A stretch of DNA of 32,000 bases from Deferrisoma camini S3R1 (GCF_000526155.1 NZ_JAFN01000001.1:1605014-1637013); one strand, 5' to 3'; shown: positions 1-8,505, counted from the first letter of the stretch. Translations and numbers: made by a program. Notes: generated from the letters alone by a model not told the origin.

Positions 1-327
1 CCGGTCCGCCGCTTCCGCGTCCCGGAGCACCAGCCGGATCGTCTTGCCCTGGGCCTCCACGGCCCGGGCCCGGATCCGGGCCTCCCGCAACGCGGCCTTC
101 AGCTCGGCCGCCATGCGTTCCACGGCCTGCTCCACCGCCTTCTCGGCCTGGACCTCCAGCACCAGGTGCATCCCGCCCTGGAGATCGAGCCCCAGGTGCA
201 GCTTCCGCTCCGCCAGGAACCCGGGCAGATTGGCGTCCGACCCCATCAGACTCGGCAACAGGAACACGATCCCCAAAACGGTCACGGCCGCCACGATGGC
301 GGCCCTCCACTTGAGGCTCATGGACAT
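1..327 (-). CDS. secD: SecD protein-export membrane protein, N-terminal fragment (gene continues beyond window start)
   Basis: Open-ended, so absent from the ORF track. My reverse-strand translation from ATG 327..325 gives MSMSLKWRAAIVAAVTVLGIVFLLPSLMGSDANLPGFLAERKLHLGLDLQGGMHLVLEVQAEKAVEQAVERMAAELK. This is an N-terminal TM helix followed by the LGLDLQGG motif typical of SecD. A GGAGGGAGAGG Shine-Dalgarno lies just upstream. Classical tgt-yajC-secD order. Confidence 0.8.
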   Translation of the reverse strand, partial: MSMSLKWRAAIVAAVTVLGIVFLLPSLMGSDANLPGFLAERKLHLGLDLQGGMHLVLEVQAEKAVEQAVERMAAELKAALREARIRARAVEAQGKTIRLVLRDAEAADR

Positions 328-417
328 CGACCTCTCCCTCCTGGCGGTGGGCGGATCCTCGGTACCACGGAACGCCAAGGCCCGCCGACGGATGCCGCGG
401 GCCTTGGGAGCTCCGGC

Positions 418-753
418 CTAACCGCCCCGCTTCTTCACGGTGGCGATCGCCGGCTTGGACACCTTGATCTTGACGTTTGGAGCGATCTCCAGGGTGACGG
501 TCTCGTCGGTGACCCCGGTGACCCTAGCGTGGATCCCGCCCGAGGTGACCACCTCGTCCCCGCGCTGGAGCGCCTCGAGCATGGCCTTGTGCTCCTTCTG
601 GCGCTTCTGCTGGGGCCGGATCAGGAGCACGTAGAAGATCACGAACATCAGGATCAGCGGAAGCAGGCTGACGATGGGGTTGCCCTGCGCGCCGGATCCG
701 GCGCCGCCCTGGGCGCCCATAGCGAACGCGGTGGCGGGGAACAGAAAGTCCAT
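418..753 (-). CDS. yajC: YajC preprotein translocase accessory subunit (111 aa)
   Basis: ORF 418..990 trimmed to the internal ATG at 753 (cat at 751-753). An AAGGAG SD is the revcomp of 761-770. Product MDFLFPATAFAMGAQGG...PIVSLLPLILMFVIFYVLLIRPQQKRQKEHKAMLEALQRGDEVVTSGGIHARV has the single TM helix, the IRPQQKR motif and the GDxVxTxGG motif of YajC. Confidence 0.9.
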   Translation of the reverse strand: MDFLFPATAFAMGAQGGAGSGAQGNPIVSLLPLILMFVIFYVLLIRPQQKRQKEHKAMLEALQRGDEVVTSGGIHARVTGVTDETVTLEIAPNVKIKVSKPAIATVKKRGG

Positions 754-943
754 GACTTGGTTTCTCCTTATAGCTTCGGTCGTTGGTCGTCGATCTGGGG
801 CCTTCGGCCGTATCAGGGGCCAGAATTCAGAAGTCAGTGGAAAGGGAGAAGGCTCTTCGGTGCGTCGAGATGATCCCCCCGGGAAACCGAACTGCTTTTC
901 GGGATTTCCTGTCTTCTGTCCGCTGAAATCTGTCTCCTGACCC
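754..943 (-). repeat. ~190-bp conserved leader element, copy A (runs up to the yajC start codon and contains its SD)
   Basis: The revcomp of 754-943 aligns base for base with 12768-12964, at roughly 90 percent identity by eye. Shared text: TCAGGAGACAGATTYCAGCGGACAGAAGACAGGAAATCCCGAAAAGCAGTTYGGTTTCCCGGGGGGATC...CTGACTTCTGAATTCTGGCCCCTGATAYGGCCGAAGGCC...CGACCAACGACCGAAG..AAGGAG. Confidence 0.85.
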
Positions 944-983
944 GCCGGCCCTGTTGCCCGGCCCAGCAGGGGCCCGAGGCGAG

Positions 984-1252
984 GCCTCATACCAAGTCGC
1001 GTTCAAAGCTATTGCCCCCCTGCCCAGAGGGGCAAGGGTCCTGTCGGAGAGCCGGGCGCGGCCCCTTCGCTCGCCGCGCAGTGCCTCCGGCGTCTGGACT
1101 GCGAAAGGGTGCGGATTCCAACGGGTTGTCATGAAGCCAGCCCCCCGCCCCGTGCCTGCGCGGCGAATCTCAATGCCTGGCTTCGCGCCCGGCCGGAGGC
1201 AGGTCCCTTGCCCCGCCCCCGGCTGGGTATCCTACTGGATGGCAACTTGGTA

Positions 1253-1253
<1 letters not shown>
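984..1253. mobile_element. Foldback MITE-like element, family A, copy 1 (non-autonomous; no ORF)
   Basis: Termini are CCTCATACCAAGTCGCGTTCAAAGC (984-) and GCAACTTGGTAT (1242-1253), which are inverted repeats of each other. Internal arms are also inverted (GGGGCAAGGGTCCTG / CAGGTCCCTTGCCCC; CCGGGCGCG / CGCGCCCGG). A second full copy lies at 17492-17782, with partial copies at 2596-2812, 7451-7534 and 15231-15306. Confidence 0.7.
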
Positions 1254-2428
<1,175 letters not shown>

Positions 2429-2447
2429 GAAGCTCTTCGTAACTTCG

Positions 2448-2489
2448 GTCTACGGTCGTCAGTCTACGGTCGTCGGTCTACGGTCGTCG
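2448..2489. repeat. 3 x 14-nt tandem repeat GTCTACGGTCGTCR
   Basis: Units at 2448-2461, 2462-2475 and 2476-2489, followed by the GGGGCCTTCGGCCC hairpin. Related heptamer strings (NNGACCG / CGACCAA) occur at 775-800, 12913-12940 and 24135-24165. Confidence 0.85.
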
Positions 2490-2524
2490 GTCTGGGGCCT
2501 TCGGCCCGCTAGCCGCCCAGCGGA

Positions 2525-2914
2525 CCGAAGGCCCTAGCCCCGTTCGCGCCCAATCGATCGGTCGGCGGAGCATACCAGGAACCGCGCCAGAGCTAGGGGG
2601 CATGGGGGCTGCTGGAGAGCCGCGTGCGGCTCCTTCGCTCGCCGCGCAGCGCCTCCAACGTTCGCACCGTGAGTTCGTTCGGGCCCCGCCGAACGGTCAT
2701 GAAGCCACCGCTGATGCCCCTGTGCCTGCGCGGCGAATCTCGATGCCCGGCTTCGCGCGCGGCCGGAAGCAGACCCCATGCCCCGCACGCAGCGCAGGGT
2801 TTGGCAACAACCCGAGAGCCGCCTGGCCGCCTAGCAGCCCAGCCGCCCGGCGGGCCGAAGGCCCTAGCCCCCTTCGCGCCCAAGCGATCGGCTGGCGGAG
2901 CATACCAGGAACCG
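2525..2914. repeat. Degenerate family-A foldback (about 2596-2812) bracketed by a 60-bp direct repeat
   Basis: The direct repeat CCGAAGGCCCTAGCCCC.TTCGCGCCCAA.CGATCGG..GGCGGAGCATACCAGGAACCG occurs at 2525-2584 and 2855-2914 with 4 mismatches. The interior, CGCTCGCCGCGCAG...GTCATGAAGCC...GTGCCTGCGCGGCGAATCTC.ATGCC.GGCTTCGCGC, matches 1068-1190 of copy 1. Confidence 0.7.
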
Positions 2915-3000
2915 GGCCGCCGTGCACGGCATCGATGCGTCACCAGAGCCGCACGATAAAACCCTGTCTCTCGACGCAGCGCCCTCCCCACCCGCCCCAG

Positions 3001-3014
3001 CGTCACTACTGACG
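3001..3014. promoter_or_regulatory. Palindrome CGTCA-CTAC-TGACG, candidate enhancer-binding-protein site (UAS)
   Basis: Perfect 5-bp arms centred about 75 bp upstream of the -24 element. The half-site GCGTCAC recurs at 2937-2943. Confidence 0.3.
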
Positions 3015-3079
3015 TATTTTGTGTGCTTCCGTCCTCCGTTTCGCCCTCTTCCATCCCTTTCGCCCCTTGAAACAGGTTT

Positions 3080-3096
3080 TGGCACGACCCCTGCAT
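3080..3096 (+). promoter_or_regulatory. sigma54 (-24/-12) promoter
   Basis: TTGGCACGACCCCTGCAT. GG is at 3081-3082 and GC at 3093-3094, which is the exact 12-nt register. It matches TGGCAC-N5-TTGCA with one mismatch. It lies about 60 nt upstream of the ppsA-like ATG (3155), and an NtrC-type activator is encoded at 21587-23047. Confidence 0.7.
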
Positions 3097-3154
3097 CCCT
3101 TCGCTCCCACCGGTTTTCTGTGTTTCGGTCCCCCTGGAAAAAAGGAGGCACACC

Positions 3155-4996
3155 ATGGCGAACGGCGGCGGCTTTCCCAGTCCCCACGACGTCTTCACGA
3201 TCCCCGGAACCGAGGGGTGGGAGCGGATGTACCCCTACCATTACCGGTTCGGGGCCGACGATCCCGAGCGCAAGGAGTACGAGGCGTCGATGTTCTGGTT
3301 CTACGACGGCCTCCACTACCCGGAACCGATCTACCCCTTCGACATGATCTGGGACGAGGCGTGGTTCCTGGCCCTGTCCCAGTACAACACCCGGATCTTC
3401 ATCGTGCCCCCCGCCCTGGGTGTGGACCACCGCATCATCAACGGCCGCATCTACATCACCCCGGTGCCGGTGAAGGACCCGTCCGAGATCCCCGCCCGGG
3501 TCGAGCATTTCATGAAGCGGGCCGGGTACTACTACGAGAACTGGGACGAGCTCTACGCCAAGTGGGAAACCAAGATGAAGGGTGTGATCGAGGAGCTGGA
3601 CAAGCTCACGATCCCCGAGCTGCCCGACATGGAGGAGGACTCGGTCGTGTTCGACGCCGTGGGCCGGAGCAGCGGCTACGAGCTGCTCACCGCCTACGAC
3701 CGGCTCATCCAGCTCGGCATCCTGGCCTGGCAGTACCACTTCGAGTTCCTGAACCTGGGGTATGCGGCGTACGTGACGCTCCTGGACTTCTGCCAAAAGG
3801 CCTTCCCCGGGATCCCCCTGCAGCGGGTCACCCAGATGGTCAGCGGCATCGACGTGATCCTGTACCAGCCCGACGAGGAGCTCAAGGGCCTGGCCCGCCT
3901 GGCCTGCGAGCTGGGCATCGAGGACGAGATCCTCGTGGAGCGCTCGGTGGAGGAGCTGTTCGAGGAGCTCAAGAAGACGAACGACGGCCGCCTGTGGGAG
4001 CAGCGGTTCGAGAAGGCCAAGTACCCCTGGTTCTACATCTCCACCGGCACGGGCTGGTTCCACCACGACCCGGCCTGGATCGACGAACTGGAGATCCCCC
4101 TGAGCTCCATCCGCATGTACATCCAGAAGCTCAAGAAGGGCGAGTCCCTGGAGCGGCCCCTGGGTGAGCTCAAGCGGGAGCGGGACCGGATCATCTCGGA
4201 GTACCGGGAGCTGCTGGGCTCGGACGACGACCGGGAGATGTTCGACAACTTGGTGGGCACGGCCCAGAGGGTGTTCCCGTACGTGGAGAGCCACCTGTTC
4301 TACGTGGAGCACTGGTTCCACTCGATCTTCTGGAACAAGATGCGCGAGGTGTCGCGCCGCTTCGTGACGGCCGGGTTCTGGGACGACGTGGAGGACATCT
4401 GGCTCCTGAACCGCCACGAGATCAAGCAGGCCATGTGGGACATGGTCACCGCGTGGGCCACCGGCACCCAGCCCATGGGCAGGCTCCACTGGGGACCGGA
4501 GATCGCCTGGCGCAAGCAGGTGATGGAGAAGTTCAAGGAGTGGACGCCCCCTCCGGCCGTGGGCACCCCCCCCGAGACGATCACCGAGCCGTTCACCATC
4601 GTGCTGTGGGGCATCACGAGCGAGACCATGGCCGCCTGGTCCAAGGGCAAGGAGGCCGGCGAGGGCCCGGTGCGGGAGCTCACCGGGTTCGCGGGAAGCC
4701 CCGGCGTGGTGGAGGGCCCGGCCCGGGTCTGCCGCACCGTGTCCGAGATCTCCACGCTGCAGGACGGCGAGATCCTGGTGTGCCCCACCACGAGCCCCAG
4801 CTGGGCGCCGGCGTTCACCAAGATCAAGGCCGCGGTCACCGACGTGGGCGGCATCATGTGCCACGCCGCCATCGTGTGCCGGGAGTACGGGCTGCCCGCC
4901 GTGGTGGGCACGGGCAACGCCACCCAGGCGTTCAAGACCGGTCAGAAGATCCGTGTGGACGGCAACACCGGCGTCGTCTCGATCGTCGAGGAGTAG
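3155..4996 (+). CDS. ppsA: Phenylphosphate synthase subunit A-like protein (PEP-utilizing enzyme, phosphohistidine swivel domain; 613 aa, about 70 kDa)
   Basis: AAAGGAGG SD. The C-terminus GSPGVVEGPARV...ILVCPTTSPSWAPAFTKIKAAVTDVGGIMCHAAIVCREYGLPAVVGTG is the PEP-utilizer mobile His domain. There is no ATP-grasp part. The size and architecture match the 70-kDa subunit described for Thauera aromatica phenylphosphate synthase. Context: ppsB-like and ppc-like genes nearby. Confidence 0.8.
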   Translation: MANGGGFPSPHDVFTIPGTEGWERMYPYHYRFGADDPERKEYEASMFWFYDGLHYPEPIYPFDMIWDEAWFLALSQYNTRIFIVPPALGVDHRIINGRIYITPVPVKDPSEIPARVEHFMKRAGYYYENWDELYAKWETKMKGVIEELDKLTIPELPDMEEDSVVFDAVGRSSGYELLTAYDRLIQLGILAWQYHFEFLNLGYAAYVTLLDFCQKAFPGIPLQRVTQMVSGIDVILYQPDEELKGLARLACELGIEDEILVERSVEELFEELKKTNDGRLWEQRFEKAKYPWFYISTGTGWFHHDPAWIDELEIPLSSIRMYIQKLKKGESLERPLGELKRERDRIISEYRELLGSDDDREMFDNLVGTAQRVFPYVESHLFYVEHWFHSIFWNKMREVSRRFVTAGFWDDVEDIWLLNRHEIKQAMWDMVTAWATGTQPMGRLHWGPEIAWRKQVMEKFKEWTPPPAVGTPPETITEPFTIVLWGITSETMAAWSKGKEAGEGPVRELTGFAGSPGVVEGPARVCRTVSEISTLQDGEILVCPTTSPSWAPAFTKIKAAVTDVGGIMCHAAIVCREYGLPAVVGTGNATQAFKTGQKIRVDGNTGVVSIVEE

Positions 4997-4999
4997 GGA

Positions 5000-6100
5000 A
5001 TGAGCCGAAAAGACATCGCGTGGTTCGAGGAGTGTCGCAAGGACGACACCCCGCTGGTGGGGGGCAAGTGCGCCAGCCTCGGGGAGCTGCTCGCGGCCGA
5101 GATCCGGGTGCCGCCCGGGTTCGCCGTGACCACCGAGGCCTACTACCACTTCCTCACCCGGGCCGGCATCAAGGAGCCCATCTGCAAGGTGCTGCGCCGC
5201 ATCCGCGACGGGGTGCCGGTGCACGAGGTCGGTGAGGAGACCCGCCGCATGGTGCTGGAGGCCCCGATCCCCGCGGAGGTGGAGGCAGGCATCCGGGCCT
5301 CCTACCGGGCCCTGTGCGACCGGTGCGGGGTGGAGGACCTGCCGGTGGCCGTTCGCTCCAGCGCCACCCTCGAGGACATGGCGGACGCCTCCTTTGCCGG
5401 TCAGCAGGACACCTACCTCTGGGTCCGAGGGGAGGACGAGGTGGTGGACAAGGTCAAGCGCTGCTGGGCCAGCCTGTTCAGCGACCGGGTCATCGCCTAC
5501 CGGGAGGAGAAGGGGTTCACCCACGAGAACGTGCGGATCTCGGTGGGCGTCCAGAAGATGGTCCGGGCCCGGACCTCGGGGGTCCTGTTCACCCTGAACC
5601 CGGTGAACGGCGACCGCTCCAAGGTGGCCATCAACGCCGCCTGGGGCTTTGGCGAAGGGGTGGTCTCGGGCGACATCACCCCCGACGACTTCCTGGTGGA
5701 CAAGGTCACCTTCGACATCTTGCGGCGCACCGTGGTGCCCAAGCCCGAGGCCTACCTGCTGGACCCAGCGGCAGGACGGGTGTGCCGGATGGGGGTGCCC
5801 GAGGCCGACCGGGCCAAGCCTTCCCTGTCGGACGACGAGATCCAGGAGCTCACCCGGCTCGCCCGCCGGATCGAGAAGCACTACGGCCGGCCCATGGACG
5901 TGGAGTGGGCCGTGGACGCCGACCTCCCCTTCCCGGAGAGCATCGTGACCCTCCAGGCCCGGCCGGAGACGGTGTGGTCCCAGAAACCGGCCCGAACCGT
6001 GGCGAAGGAGAAGCCCAAGTCGGCCCTGGACGCCATCGTGGGCAAGCTGCTGGCCGGGGTGCCGGTCCAGAACAAGGCCCAGACCGTGGGGGGCGTGTGA
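5000..6100 (+). CDS. ppsB: Phenylphosphate synthase subunit B-like protein (PEP synthase N-terminal ATP-binding domain; 366 aa, about 40 kDa)
   Basis: Starts 4 nt after the ppsA stop. The N-terminus WFEECRKDDTPLVGGKCASLGELLAAEIRVPPGFAVTTEAYYHF and the motif VAVRSSATLEDMADASFAGQQDTYL are the PPDK_N/PEP-synthase nucleotide-binding signature. Confidence 0.8.
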   Translation: MSRKDIAWFEECRKDDTPLVGGKCASLGELLAAEIRVPPGFAVTTEAYYHFLTRAGIKEPICKVLRRIRDGVPVHEVGEETRRMVLEAPIPAEVEAGIRASYRALCDRCGVEDLPVAVRSSATLEDMADASFAGQQDTYLWVRGEDEVVDKVKRCWASLFSDRVIAYREEKGFTHENVRISVGVQKMVRARTSGVLFTLNPVNGDRSKVAINAAWGFGEGVVSGDITPDDFLVDKVTFDILRRTVVPKPEAYLLDPAAGRVCRMGVPEADRAKPSLSDDEIQELTRLARRIEKHYGRPMDVEWAVDADLPFPESIVTLQARPETVWSQKPARTVAKEKPKSALDAIVGKLLAGVPVQNKAQTVGGV

Positions 6101-6546
6101 AAACCGATTCCGCCTCGGCCCGCCCCCAGGGGGCACCGGTGCGGATCGAAGGGGTGGTCTCCTCGGGCAGGGGCGAGGCGGCGGGGTTCGTGGACCTCCC
6201 CTGGGTGGTCGAACAGGTGCGGGAACGGGCGGGGTTCCGCCCGTTCCCGGGCACCCTGAACATCCTGGTGCGCGATCCCGCTTCCCTGGCGCGGTGGCAA
6301 CGGGTCCGCCGGGTTCCGGGGTTCCTCCTGGAGCCCGGCGACCCTTCCTTTTGCTCGGCCGCCTGCTACCCGGTGCTCGTGGCCGACCGGGTTCCCGGCG
6401 TGATCGTGCGTCCCCACATCCCCTCCTACCCCGAAGGCCTGGTCGAGGTGCTCGCGGCCACGTGCCTCCGACAGGAGCTCGGCCTGCGGGACGGGGACCG
6501 GTGCTCCCTGGCCTTATATCAATTTGCGATCAAGATGAGCTCATAG
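6097..6546 (+). CDS. Archaeal-type (CTP-dependent, DUF120/RibK family) riboflavin kinase homolog, 149 aa
   Basis: The GTG start at 6097 overlaps the ppsB stop (GTGTGA). VRIEGVVSSGRGEAAGFVDLPWVVEQVRERAGFRPFPGTLNILV and GVIVRPHIPSYPEGLVEVLAATCLRQELGLRDGD align motif for motif with Methanocaldococcus MJ0056 RibK as I remember it (IEGEVVSGLGEG..F...GFEPYEGTLNLKL ... GAIVVP..T.H...IIEIIAP.KLRE.F.LKDGD). The last ~10 codons (LYQFAIKMSS) are encoded by the MITE-like element that begins at 6512. Confidence 0.8.
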   Translation: MKTDSASARPQGAPVRIEGVVSSGRGEAAGFVDLPWVVEQVRERAGFRPFPGTLNILVRDPASLARWQRVRRVPGFLLEPGDPSFCSAACYPVLVADRVPGVIVRPHIPSYPEGLVEVLAATCLRQELGLRDGDRCSLALYQFAIKMSS

Positions 6547-6741
6547 GGGGGCGATTTGGGGACCGTTGGTCCTCCGCCGGAGAAGACGGCCTAGCCGAAG
6601 CCGCTACGGCTCGGTCTGCTGCGGCGCGTGAGAGCACGCGCCGCGGGCGCTCCCCTGCGCCGAGCGGCTTGAACGGCTCGGCCGGAGCGCTCCGGGCCAA
6701 CGGCCCCCAAATCGCTGGCTTCGGATGCGACCTGGCATTAC
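6512..6741. mobile_element. Foldback MITE-like element, family B, copy 1
   Basis: 230 bp. It is near-identical in inverted orientation to 20277-20505. Termini are CCTTATATCAATTTGCGATCAAGATGAGCTCATAGGGG and, in revcomp, GTAATGCCAGGTCGCATCCGAAGCC. The interior is a long imperfect palindrome (GCGATTTGGGG.CCGT.GGTCC arms; central CTGCGGCGCG-N8-CGCGCCGCGG with one mismatch; the copy at 20277-20505 has perfect CTGCGGCGCG/CGCGCCGCAG arms). Confidence 0.75.
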
Positions 6742-6768
6742 ACCCCCGTTGACCCGAGGAGGGGTTCC

Positions 6769-7464
6769 ATGGTCCGGTGCGTGCTGTTCGATCTGGAGGG
6801 AACGCTCGTGGACTTCCAGTGGAAGCTGGAAGAGGCCGAGGCCGAGCTGCGCCGGGCCGCAGCCGGGGTTCTGGGATGCGGCCCAGAGCGGTTCGCCGGC
6901 TTGAACTACGCGGGCATCTGGGAGGCCGCGATGGAGGCGGGCTCCCCGGCCCTGCGCGCCCGCATGGAGCAAACCCTGGGGCCCATCTACGACCGGTACG
7001 ACCTGGACGCCGCCACTCGCTGGACCCTGCGGCCGGGCGCCGCCCCGGTGCTCACCCGGCTCCGGGAGCTCGGAGTCCCCACGGCCCTCGTGACCAACGT
7101 GGGCCGTAGGGCGGCAACCCACATCCTGAGCCGGCTGGGCATCGATCGGCAGTTCGGGGTGGTGGTGACCCGAAACGACGTGGCTCGGATGAAGCCTGCC
7201 CCCGACGGCATCCGTAAGGCTCTCGACGCCCTGGGCACGACCGCGACCGAGGCCCTGATGGTGGGGGACAGCCTCTCCGACATCGGGGCCGCCCGGGCCG
7301 CCGGCTGCCGGGTGGCCATCGTGCTGGGGGGCGAGAGCACCGAGGCGGCGATCCGGGCCGCCCGGCCCGACCTGGTGCTGACCGACCTGCGGGAGGTCGT
7401 GGGTTCGCTCTGCGAGCCGCTGGAATGCCGGAAAGCCGGAAGGCCAAAAGCCCAAAGCTATTGA
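6769..7464 (+). CDS. HAD-superfamily hydrolase (phosphoglycolate-phosphatase-like subfamily IA), 231 aa
   Basis: GAGGAGGGG SD. Motif I is VLFDLEGTLVD, so the second acidic residue is Glu rather than Asp. Motif II is ALVTN, motif III is RMKPAPDG and motif IV is VGDSLSDIGAA. The 3' end (7419-7464) is made of GCYGGAAR octamers plus a MITE fragment. Confidence 0.85.
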   Translation: MVRCVLFDLEGTLVDFQWKLEEAEAELRRAAAGVLGCGPERFAGLNYAGIWEAAMEAGSPALRARMEQTLGPIYDRYDLDAATRWTLRPGAAPVLTRLRELGVPTALVTNVGRRAATHILSRLGIDRQFGVVVTRNDVARMKPAPDGIRKALDALGTTATEALMVGDSLSDIGAARAAGCRVAIVLGGESTEAAIRAARPDLVLTDLREVVGSLCEPLECRKAGRPKAQSY

Positions 7465-7534
7465 CCCGGCGCTGTCGCTCCCTGCTCGGAGGGGCAAGGG
7501 ACCTGTCGGAGAGCCGGGCGCGGCTCTCCCGCAG
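7451..7534. repeat. Partial family-A element fragment
   Basis: CAAAGCTATTG.CCC...GAGGGGCAAGGG.CCTGTCGGAGAGCCGGGCGCGGC matches 1004-1062 of copy 1. It contains the HAD gene stop codon. Confidence 0.7.
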
Positions 7535-7616
7535 ACCCCAAGCCCCCCTGGGCTTTGGCGCGGTTCGAGAGCCGCCTGGCCGCCTAGCTGCCTAACCGCC
7601 CAGCCGCTTGGCCCCC

Positions 7617-8498
7617 CTAGCTTTCCTCCAGGATCTCCAGGAACGCCTGCGCGGCAGGGGAGAGCACGTCCGGCTCCGGGCACACGATGAACACGTCGAG
7701 CCACAGGCGCTCGTCCCGGAGCGGGATCTCCACCACCTTCCCCGCCCTCAGCTCCTCCTCCACGGCGCACCGAACCAGAAACGAGACCCCCTCCCCCCGG
7801 GCCACCACGTCCTTGATGAACTCCAAATTGCTGGTTTCCACCAGCACCTTGGGCGACACGCCGTGCCGCCGACAGGCGCCGCGCACCAGGGTGCGGGTGG
7901 TCGAGCCCTCCTCCTTGAGGACCATCAGCTCCCCCGCCAGCTCCGAAAACCCCACCTCTCCCCGGCCCGCCAGGGGATGGCCCGGGGCGGCGAACAGCAC
8001 CACCTCCTCCCTCCGGAACGGAACGCACCGCAGTCCCCGGACCGGTTCGGCCAGACCCACCACGGCCATCTCGCTGCGGCCTTCGACCACCGATCGAACC
8101 ACCGCCGCGGACGCCCCCTCGTCCAGCACGATCCGGATCCCGGGGTATGCGGCGTGGAACCGGCCCAGGATGTCGGGCATGACGTACCGGGCGTACGTCT
8201 TGGTGGTGCCCACCTTGAGCAGCCCCTGCCGCACGGTCCGGAGCTCCTCCACGAGCCCCTCGATCTCCCTCTCCAGAGCGAACACCCGCTCGGCCTGCCG
8301 GAACACGAGGGCCCCGGCCTCGGTCAGCACCATGTTCCGACCCCGACGTCGGAACAGGCGAAGCCCCAGGGCCTCTTCCAGGGCCCGGATCTGCCCCGAC
8401 ACGGCCGGCTGGGTGACGCACAGGGCCTCCGCCGCCCGAGTGAAGCTTCCGCTCCGTGCGGCCTCGTAGAACGTTCGTAACTGGTTGAAGTTGAGCAT
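7617..8498 (-). CDS. LysR-family transcriptional regulator (293 aa)
   Basis: ORF 7617..8861 trimmed to the ATG at 8498. The N-terminal wHTH MLNFNQLRTFYEAARSGSFTRAAEALCVTQPAVSGQIRALEEALGLRLF is followed by a LysR substrate-binding domain. The gene is divergent from the UbiD-type operon. No obvious SD. Confidence 0.9.
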   Translation of the reverse strand: MLNFNQLRTFYEAARSGSFTRAAEALCVTQPAVSGQIRALEEALGLRLFRRRGRNMVLTEAGALVFRQAERVFALEREIEGLVEELRTVRQGLLKVGTTKTYARYVMPDILGRFHAAYPGIRIVLDEGASAAVVRSVVEGRSEMAVVGLAEPVRGLRCVPFRREEVVLFAAPGHPLAGRGEVGFSELAGELMVLKEEGSTTRTLVRGACRRHGVSPKVLVETSNLEFIKDVVARGEGVSFLVRCAVEEELRAGKVVEIPLRDERLWLDVFIVCPEPDVLSPAAQAFLEILEES

Positions 8499-8505
8499 GG
8501 CAGTA

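Noticed and set aside
44-873. Plus-strand ORFs 44-421 and 166-873 overlapping secD/yajC.
   Set aside because: They are antisense to two well-supported genes. Their composition is low-complexity (R/P/A/G-rich) and they have no SD.
418-990. The extended N-terminus of the yajC ORF, together with ORF 12726-13034. They share a peptide-like string (QKTGNPEKQFGFPGGSSR.TE.PSP...TSEFWPLI), which suggested a repeated protein-coding module.
   Set aside because: The similarity is at the DNA level (the 190-bp leader element). Differences between the copies are mostly non-synonymous. The frame is fused to yajC in one copy but out of frame with the downstream gene in the other. Both real genes have their own SD and ATG downstream.
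2864-6136. A 1090-aa minus-strand ORF covering the whole ppsA/ppsB region. Similar long antisense ORFs occur at 6604-8610, 8668-10416, 13335-14756, 15340-16542, 17708-19627, 19134-20615, 20479-21528, 22010-23677, 24286-26574 and 27919-29088.
   Set aside because: They lie antisense to genes with clear family motifs. Their translations are low-complexity and rich in G/P/R/H/L/V. Stop codons are rare on the antisense strand in DNA this GC-rich. No recognisable domains are present.
7545-7616. tRNA-like T-loop string GGTTCGAG (about 7565-7572).
   Set aside because: The flanking bases do not form a T-stem, and no acceptor or anticodon arms can be drawn. The region belongs to the repeat mosaic.
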